Positions 1-11,937 of a stretch of 64,000 nucleotides of DNA are shown here, one piece after another. The DNA comes from Basidiobolus meristosporus CBS 931.73 (taxonomy: Eukaryota > Fungi > Basidiobolomycota), in assembly GCA_002104905.1 (NCBI GenBank), contig MCFE01000116.1:100132-164131 (forward strand), in the 5' to 3' direction. Every line of letters starts with the position of its first letter. Position 1 is the stretch's first letter. The notes under the pieces were generated by a model. The model was not told where the DNA came from and did not search any database. It saw nothing but the letters and a program-made list of their open reading frames with translations. The position numbers and the translations under genes were made by a program.

Positions 1-293
1 CTACGAGGCATCTTTATTCCGTAATACAACGGCAATTTCGCGGTGAAAGGAATATTCACATATGGTTGCTGACCCAGCTTTCCTCTATTCCCCAGGGGAC
101 TTCCCCTACTCTTGAAAGGCTGACATCTGCGCAGCCAAACATTCTTGGAATCAGAACATGACTTGAGGATGATGACGACCTTTGATGTAACACGCAAGGT
201 GATTTTAGAATATCATCATCCTATAGCTTTTCAACGATTAGTTGCATCTTGTGGCACCAATAGTTCTGGGAATCAGAAATCGCCAGCCCGTGA

Positions 294-323
294 TTCCTAG
301 AAGCCAGAATCAATGCACATAAA
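294..323 (+). promoter_or_regulatory. Class A promoter module TTCCTAGAA-N13-CACATAAA
   Basis: TTCnnnGAA at 294-302, plus further copies at 264-272 and 142-150. The same module with the same spacing occurs in the other classes. Confidence 0.65.
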
Positions 324-411
324 TAGCTCACTAACGACACTGCCATTCATCAGCCTGCAACCTTTCTGTTGAGTATCAGATTCGACTTCAGCCAGCAATC
401 GAACCTAAACC

Positions 412-642
412 ATGAGACTCTTTGCTGTACTCACTACTTGTATCGTTGCCACAATGACAGCTAATGGCTACCCCGTAAATCAGGTGACTGATGGAGTAGC
501 GATGGAAAAGAGAGATCTGCACGACTTTTGTGGAGGCTGGTTCTGCGGCCATGTGAAGCGTGATCACACAGTCCATGACAGTCAGACTACTACATCTTCT
601 CTGAGCTCACATCAGCCTAACACCCTAATGACAGCTGAATAA
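412..642 (+). CDS. Peptide precursor copy 1 (class A), core DLHDFCGGWFCGHV
   Basis: Hydrophobic signal MRLFAVLTTCIVATMTANG, pro-segment, KR-core-KR; CACATAAA box at 316. Confidence 0.9.
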   Translation: MRLFAVLTTCIVATMTANGYPVNQVTDGVAMEKRDLHDFCGGWFCGHVKRDHTVHDSQTTTSSLSSHQPNTLMTAE

Positions 643-1209
643 GGTACCACCAAGTCAAGATGTTAATTCTCCCAAATGTGTCTCTGCCCGTTCTTCAAGC
701 CCATTTGATTTTGAATCCGTAATTTGGGCAAGATCTACCACCAATGTGATTACATAATACCCTTTGAATCCCCAATTTTGTATGCGTCTCGTAATCAATA
801 AATGGCGCATTGGTGCACAACTACATTTTCCTTTGATGATTGCTGCAAACTGTATTGACACACTGATAAACTAATAAGAGTATACTGTTCAGTATGCAAT
901 AAGCCTTACTCAATATTGGGACTTTAGTGGCAACCAGGACATCCATCAGCTTCACGAAGAAGTGACCCATTGAATATGCAGTCAATAAGCTGGCATTTCT
1001 AGATTTGATAAATGTGTTTGGAACAGTAAGTTAGACGAGCCCAATGAGGGATTCTCTTGCGGAGTGGAATACAGAGCATATGCTGTTGGACGATCCAGAA
1101 GCCATTTCCGGCATTGTAAAACCAGTCTGACCATATTGAGGGGATAGCGTCGGCGCTGCTTCGCAGAATAACCTGGCTACAAAAACCGGTTTGGATTTCC
1201 GGTAGAGGA

Positions 1210-1239
1210 TTCCGAGAAGTGCGGCACGAAGTATATAAA
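1210..1239 (+). promoter_or_regulatory. Class B promoter module TTCCGAGAA-N13-TATATAAA
   Basis: Motif at 1210-1218, TATA at 1232; second motif at 1160-1168; AAACCGGTTT palindrome at 1183-1192. Confidence 0.65.
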
Positions 1240-1308
1240 TATCTCTTGCGCTGATGAGCATTCAGTAAAATACAGCTTTGATATTTGAGAGATCACTACC
1301 AAACAATC

Positions 1309-1518
1309 ATGAAATTCGCCAGCGTACTTGTTATTCTTGCCGCTGTTTCTGCTACAGTTGACTGCTACCCATTGATCCTGGAGACTAGCGATTCAGCAGT
1401 GGACAAGAGAGATCTGCATGACTTCTGCGGAGGCTGGTTCTGTGGTCATGTCAAGCGTGAGGAAGCTCCGGAGACAAGTGAAGCCAATATCTCCACTCCA
1501 TCGATGTCAGTTGCCTGA
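1309..1518 (+). CDS. Peptide precursor copy 2 (class B)
   Basis: True ATG at 1309 (track ORF starts at an upstream TTG); MKFASVLVILAAVSATVDC-YPLILETSDSAVD-KR-core-KR; TATATAAA at 1232. Confidence 0.9.
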   Translation: MKFASVLVILAAVSATVDCYPLILETSDSAVDKRDLHDFCGGWFCGHVKREEAPETSEANISTPSMSVA

Positions 1519-2217
1519 TGTGCACAGGCAGCACTGATGACAAGCCGATATCCAAATCCGAACTATCCAATTTTGTTGCTCCTGATAAATACCACACACG
1601 ACAAATTAAGCGTATCCATCCAACATCCTCCACATGGATTTTTGATTATCTGATAATTTCTCAAGAAATAAACATTGTCACCCCGCATTTCATATTTTCT
1701 CACGGCTACTAAACTAGCAGAGTGGAGGTCACTTGTATTCAGACCCATTCCCATATATTCCATATTGGAATGAGCTGATTTCAACTCTCCGAGGCACCTT
1801 TATTCCGCAATACAATGGCAATTTCGCGGTGAAAAGAATATTCACATATGGTCGCCGTCCAAGATCCGTTCAATGCACACCTCACAAAACCTCTTCAAAG
1901 TTACAGGTATGTCATAGGCACCATCATTGAATATTATGCACATGTCTGGGGTATTAAGCCGAATGAACTCTTGAGAAGCCAATATACGAAAAATAATAAA
2001 TATATCATACGACGATCAAGAATTCATTTCCAGTTTCCAAAATCAATCTAACCTTAATGGGGGATTGGTGGCCGCTTTGCTTCCTAGAATATCCCCGCTA
2101 CAACAATGGTATGAGTTTCAGGAGTGAAATGGATGGGAAGTATAAGAGGAACTCGTGCCGATTTGAGCTTATTAGAAGACAGTCTTTGATATCTTGGTAG
2201 TTCATTAAAAAAGAATC

Positions 2218-2418
2218 ATGAAATCCACCAACACACTTATTTTTATTGTCGCAGCTTCAGTAGCCATTGACTGCTACCCATCGATTGTGGAGACTAGCAA
2301 CTCAACTTTGAACAAGAGAGATCTACATGACTTCTATGACCATGTCAAGCGGGAGAGACTTCTGGAGACAAGTGAAGAAATTACATCCACCTCACAAGGC
2401 CATATTTTGTACTATTAG
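2218..2418 (+). pseudogene. Degenerate precursor copy 3 with loop-deleted, Cys-free core DLHDFYDHV
   Basis: B-like signal and pro-segment and both KR sites retained, but 15 bp lost from the core; promoter decayed. Confidence 0.75.
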
Positions 2419-3133
2419 CCTACTCGACTGTCGCACTGACACATTACTGACTGCCCTCATGCCTGCTTTCAACTGTTGCATTAACGTATTCTTGACCGCT
2501 CGTCACGCCTGATTAATTTTTGAATCCGCAATTTCAGCGAGAATATCACCAATATTTGAATATTCAATTTTGTTGACATATTGTAGTCAATAAACAGGGT
2601 ACTAGGGCGTAGTGATACCCTCTGTTGATGGAACGACCTGTTAGTATGTGCTCATGGTTGAATGTCAGCATTTGGCTCAGTATGCCACAAATCCTTACAT
2701 AAATGGCTTTGTCTCCAACATGTCCAATGCGCATGAATCATACCAGGGGCCGTACCATAGTGCGCACGTTTCACCAGCGTATATGACTCTTCAGATTTGC
2801 CATTATATAGTATATATCATTACTGAAGTTAATAAATATGTTTGGAGCAATTAACTATGGGAAATCTCTGAGGTTATTTTGCCCACTGGATCATAATGAG
2901 TATGCTGTTTGCCGATCAGGAAGCTATTTCCGGTTTTTCGATACCGGTGTGACTATACCGAGTGCTTGGCGTCCGCTTTGCTTCCTAGAATATCGCTGCT
3001 GCAATAACTAGTTTAGATATCCCCTGGGAAAGTACCAATATGTGTTGTAAGAAGAGTATAAATAGAACTCTTGCCGATCCATATTCAGTAGTACACGGCG
3101 TTTGATATCTTGAGAGATCATTATACTCTACAC

Positions 3134-3302
3134 ATGAAGTTCACCCAGCATGCTTGTCGCGATTTCTGCCTCTTCAGTAGCTGTTGACTGCTACCCATTG
3201 ACCCTGGAGACTAGCGAGTCCGCAGTGAACAAGAGAGATCTGCATGACTTTTGTGGAGGCTGGTTCTGTGGACATGTGAAACGGGATGATGACCTCGGGT
3301 AA
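3134..3302 (+). pseudogene. Precursor copy 4, +1 frameshift in the signal peptide, core intact
   Basis: ATGAAGTTCACCCAGC carries an extra C. The in-frame ATG at 3150 gives a 50-aa product with a shortened signal, KR-core-KR-DDDLG-stop. Confidence 0.75.
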
Positions 3303-4034
3303 AATGCAGACAAAATCTCGGTCTTGCATATGCCCAATATCTAAAGTGATCAGACCGCGCCTATGGTTACAATCTCAGGACCAAGAACTCGAAGGAAATC
3401 TACCGCCGGAATACATCAATTTTACTGTATTTTATAATCACCATGGCAGATTAGCTAAACGTATCCTCCCACCTCCGCATGGAGTTTTATTTGGTGACGA
3501 GCTCCTATAAAATAAACAATACAACTCCATAATCCACTATCCGTATTGCTTTAACCTTTAGCAAAGCAACTACTCATACTTCAGCTCGTCGCATTTTCAC
3601 CAAGTTTGCTTGACCCAAAGATGGTAAAGATCCTCCCTACAGGATTTGGACTATACAAATATCATCAGTCATTCCATATCCGATATTACTTCTGTTGTGG
3701 ATATCCTGTTTACTAACACTCTGATATTCCCAAGAGTGCTTCCTTTGCTTATGAAATACTGAGGTCTGCCCAGACAGACATTCTAGGAATAAGGATGTAA
3801 CATGATGATGATTCACACGGTCAATTTAGTTTCAGTATAGTATTTTTGTGCTTGACTTTCATCCAGTACATGATGTGCAACCAAAAATTCTGGGAACAAG
3901 GAATCACTACCACAGGATTCCAAGAAGCCTAAATCAGCGTACATATATAGCTTACTAATAGCGATGCCATTCCACAGTCTACAACCTCTCTTCGAATATC
4001 ATATTCTTCCCCTGCCAATTATTGAGCCAAAACC

Positions 4035-4265
4035 ATGAGACTCGTTACTATACTTACTATTTGTATTGTATCTGCAATAACAGCTAACGGCTACCCCATG
4101 ACTTCGCTGACTGATGAAGTGGCCATGGACAAGAGAGATCTGCACGACTTTTGCGGAGGTTGGTTCTGCGGTCATGTAAAGCGTGAGCGCAGCATCCTTG
4201 ATAGCCAGGCTACTACCACTCCTCTGGGCACAAATCAGCCCGATATCCTCACGATAGCTCAATAA
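4035..4265 (+). CDS. Peptide precursor copy 5 (diverged class A)
   Basis: MRLVTILTICIVSAITANG-YPMTSLTDEVAMD-KR-core-KR-ERSILDSQ. Confidence 0.9.
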   Translation: MRLVTILTICIVSAITANGYPMTSLTDEVAMDKRDLHDFCGGWFCGHVKRERSILDSQATTTPLGTNQPDILTIAQ

Positions 4266-4932
4266 GAGACCACTAAGACAATATGACACTTCTACCGAAT
4301 ACTTCCCTGCCTGTTCTTCACGCCCAATTGATTTTGAATCCGTATTTGGGCAAGATCCACCACCAATGTGATTACATAATACCCTTTGAATCCCCAATTT
4401 TGTATACATCTCGTAATCAATAAATGGCGCGTTGGTGCACAACTACATTCTCCATTGATGATTGCCGCAAACTGTATTGTAACACTGATAAACTAATAAG
4501 AGTATACTGTTCAGTATGCAATAAGCCTTACTCAATATTGGGACTTTAGTGGCAACCAGGACATTCATCAGCTTCACGAAGAAGTGACCCACTGAATATG
4601 CAGTCAATAAGCTGGCATTTCTAGATTTGATAAATGTGTTTGGAGCAGGAAGTTAGATGAGCCCGATGAGAGATTCTCATGCGGAGTGGAAAACAGAGCA
4701 TATAAGCTGTTCGACGATCCAGAAGCCATTTCCGGCATTGTAAAACCAGTCTGACCATATTGAGGGGATAGCGTCGGCGCTGCTTCGCAGAATAACCTGG
4801 CTACAAAAACCGGTTTGGATTTCCGGTAGAGGATTCTGAGAAGTGCGGCACGAAGTATATCAATGTCTCTTGCGCTGATTAGCATTCATTAAAATACAGC
4901 TTTGATATTTGAGAGATCACTACCAAACAATC

Positions 4933-5142
4933 ATGAAATTCGCCAGCGTACTTGCTATTCTTGCCGCTGTTTCTGCGACAGTTGATTGCTACCCATTGAT
5001 ACTGGAGACTAGCGATTCAGCAATGGACAAGAGAGATCTGCATGACTTCTGCGGAGGCTGGTTCTGTGGTCATGTCAAGCGTGAGGAAGCTCCGGAGACA
5101 AGTGAAGCCAATATCTCCACTCCATCGATGTCAGTTGCCTGA
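4933..5142 (+). CDS. Peptide precursor copy 6 (class B)
   Basis: Signal + KR-core-KR; near-identical to copy 2. Confidence 0.9.
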   Translation: MKFASVLAILAAVSATVDCYPLILETSDSAMDKRDLHDFCGGWFCGHVKREEAPETSEANISTPSMSVA

Positions 5143-5817
5143 TGTGCACAGGCAGCACTGATGACAAGCCGATTTCCAAATTTAACTATCCAATTTTGTT
5201 GCTCCTGATAAATACCACACACGACAAACTAAGCGTATCCATCCATCCATCCTCCACATGCATTTTTGATAATCTGACAATTTCCAGTGAAATAAACATT
5301 GCTACCCCGCATTTCATATTTTCTCACGGCTATTGAACTAGCGAAGTGAAAGTCACTTGTATTCGGACCCATTCCCGTATATTCCATGCTGAGATGAGCT
5401 GATTTCAACCCTACCAGGCACCTTTATTCCGTAATACAATGGTAATTTCGCGGTGAAAAGAAGATTCACATATGGTTGCCGACCCAGCTTTCCTCTATTC
5501 CCCAGAGGATTTCCCCTACTCTTGAAAGGTTGACATCTGCGCAGCCAAACATTCTAGGAATCAGAACATGACTTGAGGACGATGACCATCTTTGATGTAA
5601 CACGCAAGGTGATTTTAGTTTATCATCATCCTATAGCTTTTCAACGATCAGTTGCATTTTGTGGCACCAATAGTTCTGAGAATCGGAAATCGCCAGCCTG
5701 AGATTCCAAGAAGCCAGAATCAATGCACATAAATAGCTCACTAACGACACTGCCATTCATCAGCCTGCAGCCTTTCTGTTAAGTAACAAATTCTACTTGA
5801 GCATTTGAACCTAAGCC

Positions 5818-6048
5818 ATGAGACTCATTGCTGTACTCACTACTTGTATCGTTGCCACAATGAGAGCTAATGGCTACCCCGTAAATCAGGTGACTGGTGG
5901 AGTAGCCATGGAAAAGAGAGATCTGCACGACTTTTGTGGAGGCTGGTTCTGAGGTCATGTGAAACGTGATCACACAGTCCATGACAGTCAGACTACTACA
6001 CCTTCTCTGAGCTCACATCAGCCTAACACCTTCATGACAGCTCAATAA
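5818..6048 (+). pseudogene. Precursor copy 7 (class A) with nonsense codon at the second core Cys
   Basis: TTC TGA GGT at 5947-5955 (Cys to stop at 5950-5952); otherwise colinear with copy 1. Absent from the ORF track. Confidence 0.85.
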
Positions 6049-6715
6049 GGTGCCACCAAGTCAAGATATTAATTCTCCCAAATGTGTCTGTGCCGTTCTT
6101 CAAGCCCATTTGATTTTGAATCCGTAATTTGGGCAAGATCTACAACCAATGTGATTACATAATACCCTTTGAATCCCCAATTTTGTATACATCTCGTAAT
6201 CAATAAATGGCGCGTTGGTGCACAACTACATTCTCCTTTGATGATTGCCGCAAACTGTATTGACACACTGATAAACTAATAAGAGTATACTGCTCAGTAT
6301 GCAATCAACCTTTCTCAATATTGGGACTTTGGTGGCAACCAGGACATTCATCAGCTTCACGAAGAAGTGACCCATTGAATATGCAGTCAATAAGCTGGCA
6401 TTTCTAGATTTGATAAATGTGTTTGGAGCAGGAAGTTAGATGAGCCCGATGAGAGATTCTCATGCGGAGTGGAAAACAGAGCATATATGCTGTTCGACGA
6501 TCGAGAAGCCATTTCCGGTATTGTAAAACCAGTCTAACCATATTGAGGGGATAGCGTCGGCGCTGCTTCGCAGAATAACCTGGCTACAAAAATCAGTTTA
6601 GATTTCCGGTAGAGGATTCTGAGAAGTGCGGCACGAAGTATATAAATGTCTCTTGCGCTGATTAGCATTCAGTAAAATACAGCTTTGATATTTGAGAGAT
6701 CACTACCAAACAATC

Positions 6716-6925
6716 ATGAAATTCGCCAGCGTACTTGCTATTCTTGCCGCTGTTTCTGCGACAGTTGATTGCTACCCATTGATCCTGGAGACTAGCGATT
6801 CAGCAGTGGACAAGAGAGATCTGCATGACTTCTGCGGAGGCTGGTTCTGTGGTCATGTCAAGCGTGAGGAAGCTCTGGAGACAAGTGAAGCCAATATCTC
6901 CACTCCATCGATGTCAGTTGCCTGA
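6716..6925 (+). CDS. Peptide precursor copy 8 (class B)
   Basis: Signal + KR-core-KR. Confidence 0.9.
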   Translation: MKFASVLAILAAVSATVDCYPLILETSDSAVDKRDLHDFCGGWFCGHVKREEALETSEANISTPSMSVA

Positions 6926-7600
6926 TGTGCACAGGCAGCACTGATGACAAGCCGATTTCCAAATTTAACTATCCAATTTTGTTGCTCCTGATAAATACCA
7001 CACACGACAAACTAAGCGTATCCATCCATCCATCCTCCACATGGATTTTTGATTATCTGACAATTTCCAGTGAAATAAACATTGCTACCCCGCATTTCAT
7101 ATTTTCTCACGGCTATTGAACTAGCGAAGTGAAAGTCACTTGTATTCGGACCCATTCCCGTATATTCCATGCTGAAATGAGCTGATTTCAACCCTACCAG
7201 GCACCTTTATTCCGTAATACAATGGTAATTTCGCGGTGAAAGGAATATTCACATATGGTTGCCGACCCAGCTTTCCTCTATTCCCCAGAGGATTTTCCCT
7301 ACTCTTGAAAGGCTGACATCTGCGCAGCCAAACATTCTAGGAATCAGAACATGACTTGAGGATGATGACCATCTTTGATGTAACACGCAAGGTGATTTTA
7401 GAATATCATCATCCTATAGCTTTTCAACGATCAGTTGCATTTTGTGGCACCAATAGTTCTGAGAATCAGAAATCGGCAGCCTGGGGTTCCAAGAAGCCAG
7501 AATCAATGCACATAAATAGCTCACTAACGACACTGCCATTCATCAGCCTGCAGCCTTTCTGACAAGTAACAAATTCTACTTGAGCATTTGAACCTAAGCC

Positions 7601-7831
7601 ATGAGACTCATTGCTGTACTCACTACTTGTATCGTTGCCACAATGACAGCTAACGGCTATCCTGTGGGTCGGCTAGCCAATGATGTAACCAAGGAGAAGA
7701 GAGATCTGCACGACTTTTGTGGAGGTTGGTTCTGTGGCCATGTGAAGCGTGATCACACAGTCCATGACAGTCAGACTACTACATCTTCTCTGAGCTCAAA
7801 TCAGCCTAACACCTTCATGACAGCTGAATAA
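7601..7831 (+). CDS. Peptide precursor copy 9 (A/A' mosaic)
   Basis: Class A promoter, signal and tail, but A'-type pro-segment YPVGRLANDVTKE; core intact. Confidence 0.9.
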   Translation: MRLIAVLTTCIVATMTANGYPVGRLANDVTKEKRDLHDFCGGWFCGHVKRDHTVHDSQTTTSSLSSNQPNTFMTAE

Positions 7832-8498
7832 GGTACCACCAAGTCAAGATATTAATTCTCCCAAATGTGTCTCTGCCCGTTCTTCAAGCCCATTTGATTT
7901 TGAATCCGTAATTTGGGCAAGATCCACCACCAATGTGATTACATAATACCCTTTGAATCCCCAATTTTGTATGTGTCTCGTAATCAATAAATGGCGCGTT
8001 GGTGCACAACTACATTCTCCTTTGATGATTGCCGCAAACTGTATTGACACACTGATAAACTAATAAGAGTATACTGTTCAGTATGCAATCAACCTTTCTC
8101 AATATTGGGACTTTGGTGGCAACCAGGACATTCATCAGCTTCATGAAGAAGTGGCCCATTGAATATGCAGTCAATAAGCTGGCATTTCTAGATTTGATAA
8201 ATGTGTTTGGAGCCGGAAGTTAGATGAGCCCGATGAGAGATTCTCTTGCGGAGTGGAGAACAGAGCTTATGCTGTTCGACGATCCAGAAGCCATTTCCGG
8301 TATTGTAAAACCAGTCTGACCATATAGAGGGGATAGCGTCGGCGCTGCTTCCTAGAATAACCTGGCTACAAGAACCGGTTTAGATTTCCGGTAGAGGGCT
8401 CCGAGAAGTACAGCACGAAGTATATAAATGTCTCTTGCGCTGGTTAGCATTAAGTAGAGGACAGCTTTGATATCTTGAGATATTTCTACAGAACAATC

Positions 8499-8654
8499 AT
8501 GAAATTCGCCAGCGTACTTGTAATTCTTGCCGCTGCTTCAGCAACAATTGACTGCTACCCATTGATCCTGGAGACTAGCGATTCAGCAATGGACAAGAGA
8601 GATCTGCATGACTTCTGTGGAGGCTGGTTCTGTGGTCATGTCAAGCGGGAGTAA
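8499..8654 (+). CDS. Peptide precursor copy 10 (class B, tail truncated)
   Basis: 51 aa; stop falls one codon after the second KR, so the core can still be released. Too short for the ORF track. Confidence 0.8.
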   Translation: MKFASVLVILAAASATIDCYPLILETSDSAMDKRDLHDFCGGWFCGHVKRE

Positions 8655-9120
8655 GATCTGGAGACAAGTGAAGTCGAAATACCCACCTCACCTATGCCAA
8701 ATCTCTAATGTGCACGGGCAGTATTAATAATGATACGATATTTCAACCCGAACTCACCAATTTTGTTGCTTCTGATAAACACTATGCATGATAAGCTAAG
8801 CGTAGCTTTCCATCCTCCGCATGGAATTTTGATTTTCTGATGGCTTTCTATGAAATAAACAATATAATCCCACGTTCCCAAGTTTCATATTGCTATTCAA
8901 CCAGCAGAGTAAAGACCGCTCATATGTAATCCTATGCAATTTAGTTTCATGTTGACGAGGTGTCGCTAGTGAAGCTCCAACCAATCAGAATTGAACTCAA
9001 AGTATATCTTCCTGATATGAATAGTACTTTTGCTGTGAACTTGATATCGACATATGGTCACCGACCAAGATTCCAAATATTCCCAAGAGTACTTCCCTCA
9101 CTTGTGAAGCTACCAACCCT

Positions 9121-9170
9121 CCTCTGAGCTCACATCAGCCCGACACCCCCACAATAGCTCAACAAGGTAC
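9121..9170 (+). pseudogene. 3' remnant of a class A precursor (signal and core deleted)
   Basis: CTCTGAGCTCACATCAGCC...GCTCAACAAGGTACC matches the class A tail and 3' flank, and is fused directly to a truncated promoter spacer. Confidence 0.65.
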
Positions 9171-9830
9171 CACTAAGTCAGGGTTTCAACGCTGCCAAGT
9201 ACGCCCCCGTCCATTCTTCACGACCATTTGATTTTGAATCCGTAATTTGAGCGAGATCCACCACCAATGTGATTACATAATACCCTTAGAGTCCCCAATT
9301 TTGTATACATCTTGAAATCAATAAATGGCGCGTTGGTGCACAACTACATTCTCCGTTGATGATTGCCGCAAACTGTATTGACACACTGATAAACTAATAA
9401 GAGTATACTGTTTAGTATGCAATCAACCTTTCTCAATATTGGGACTTTGGTGGCAACCAGGACATTCATCAGCTTCACGAAGAAGTGACCCACTGAATAT
9501 GCAGTCAATAAGCTGGCATTTCTAGATTTGATAAATGTGTTTGGAGCAGTAAGTTAGATGAGCCGATGAGAGATTCTCATGCGGAGTGGAAAACAGAGCT
9601 TACGCTGTTGGACGATCCAGAAGCCATTTCCTGTATTGTAAAACCAGTCTGACCATATTGAGGGGATAGCGTCGGCGTTGCTTCGCAGAATAACCTGGCT
9701 ACAAAAACCGGTTTGGATTTCCGGTAGAGGATTCTGAGAAGTGCGGCACGAAGTATATCAATGTCTCTTGCGCTGATTAGCATTCAGTAAAATACAGCTT
9801 TGATATTTGAGAGATCACTACCAAACAATC

Positions 9831-10040
9831 ATGAAATTCGCCGGCGTACTTGCTATTCTTGCCGCTGTTTCTGCGACAGTTGATTGCTACCCATTGATCC
9901 TGGAGACTAGCGATTCAGCAGTGGACAAGAGAGATCTACATGACTTCTGCGGAGGCTGGTTCTGTGGTCATGTCAAGCGTGAGGAAGCTCTGGAGACAAG
10001 TGAAGCCAATATCTCCACTCCATCGATGTTAGTTGCCTGA
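9831..10040 (+). CDS. Peptide precursor copy 11 (class B)
   Basis: Signal + KR-core-KR. Confidence 0.9.
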   Translation: MKFAGVLAILAAVSATVDCYPLILETSDSAVDKRDLHDFCGGWFCGHVKREEALETSEANISTPSMLVA

Positions 10041-10715
10041 TGTGCACAGGCAGCACTGATGACAAGCCGATTTCCAAATTTAACTATCCAATTTTGTTGC
10101 TCCTGATAAATACCACACACGACAAACTAAGCGTATCTATCCATCCATCCTCCACATGGATTTTTGATTATCTGACAATTTCCAGTGAAATAAACATTGC
10201 TACCCCGCATTTCATATTTTCTCACGGCTATTGAACTGGCGGAGTGAAAGTCACTTGTATTCGGACCCATTCCCGTATATTCCATGCTGAAATGACCTGA
10301 TTTCAACCCTACCAGGCACCTTTATTCCGTAATACAATGGTAATTTCGCGGTGAAAGGAATATTCACTTAGGGTTGCCGACCCAGCTTTCCTCTATTCCC
10401 CAGAGGATTTCGCCTACTCTTGAAAGGCTGAGATCTGCGCAGCCAAACATTCTAGGAATCAGGACATGACTTGAGGATGATGACCATCTTTGATGTAACA
10501 CGCAAGGTGATTTTAGAATATCATCATCCTATAGCTTTTCAACGATCAGTTGCATTTTGTGGCACCAATAGTTCTGAGAATCGGAAATCGGCAGCCTGGG
10601 GTTCCAAGAAGCCAGAATCAATGCACATAAATAGCTCACTAACGACACTGCCATTCATCAGCCTGCAGCCTTTCTGACAAGTAACAAATTCTACTTGAGC
10701 ATTTGAACCTAAGCC

Positions 10716-10946
10716 ATGAGACTCATTGCTGTACTCACTACTTGTATCGTTGCCACAATGACAGCTAATGGCTACCCCGTAAATCAGGTGACTGATGGAG
10801 TAGCCATGGAAAAGAGAGATCTGCACGACTTTTGTGGAGGCTGGTTCTGTGGCCATGTGAAGCGTGATCACACTGTCCATGACAGTCAGACTACTACATC
10901 TTCTCTGAGCTCACATCAGCCTAACACCTTCATGACAGCTGAATAA
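10716..10946 (+). CDS. Peptide precursor copy 12 (class A)
   Basis: Signal + KR-core-KR. Confidence 0.9.
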   Translation: MRLIAVLTTCIVATMTANGYPVNQVTDGVAMEKRDLHDFCGGWFCGHVKRDHTVHDSQTTTSSLSSHQPNTFMTAE

Positions 10947-11613
10947 GGTGCCACCAAGTCAAGATATTAATTCTCCCAAATGTGTCTCTGCCCGTTCTCC
11001 AAGCCCATTTGATTTTGAATCCGTAATTTGGGCAAAATCTACCACCAATGTGATTACACAATACCCTTTGAATCCCCAATTTTGTATACATCTTGTAATC
11101 AATAAATGGCGCATTGGTGCACAACTACATTCTCCTTTGATGATTGCCACAAGTTGTAATGGCATACTGGTAGCTTAATAAGAGTATACTGTTCAGCATG
11201 CAATCAACCTTTCTCAATATTGGGACTTTGGTGGCAACCAGGACATTCATCAGCTTCACGAAGAAGTGGCCCATTGAATATGCAGTCAATAAGCTGGCAT
11301 TTCTAGATTTGATAAATGTGTTTGGAGCAGCAAGTTAGATGAGCCCGATGAGAGATTCTCATGCGGAGTGGAAAACAGAGCATATATGCTGTTCGACGAT
11401 CGAGAAGCCATTTCCGGCATTGTAAAACCAGCCTGACCATATTGAGGGAATAGTGTCAGCGCTGCTTCCTAGAATAACCTGGCTACAAAACCGGTTTGGA
11501 TTTCCGGTAGAGGATTCCGAGAAGTGCGGCACGGAGTATATAAATGTCCCTTGCGCTGATCAGCATTCAGTAGAGGACAGCTTTGATATTTGCGAGATCA
11601 CTATCAAACAATC

Positions 11614-11937
11614 ATGAAATTCGCCAGCGTACTTGCTATTCTTGCCGCTGTTTCAGCAACAATTGACTGCTACCCATTGATCCTGGAGACTAGCTTTGAT
11701 ATTTTGAGATATTTCTACAGAACAATCATGAAATTCGCCAGCGTACTTGTAATTCTTGCCGCTGCTTCAGCAACAATTGACTGCTACCCATTGATCCTGG
11801 AGACTAGCGATTCAGCAATGGACAAGAGAGATCTGCATGACTTCTGTGGAGGCTGGTTCTGTGGTCATGTTAAACGGGAGGAAGCTCTCGAAGCCAATGG
11901 AGCCATAACTTCAGCCTCAGGAATGCCAAATGCCTGA
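11614..11937 (+). CDS. Peptide precursor copy 13 (class B with tandemly duplicated signal region)
   Basis: Two in-frame MKFASVL starts at 11614 and 11728 (114 bp apart), followed by a single core. Confidence 0.85.
   Translation: MKFASVLAILAAVSATIDCYPLILETSFDILRYFYRTIMKFASVLVILAAASATIDCYPLILETSDSAMDKRDLHDFCGGWFCGHVKREEALEANGAITSASGMPNA

Noticed and set aside
553-561. C-terminal amidation of the 14-mer
   Set aside because: The residue before KR is Val, not Gly.
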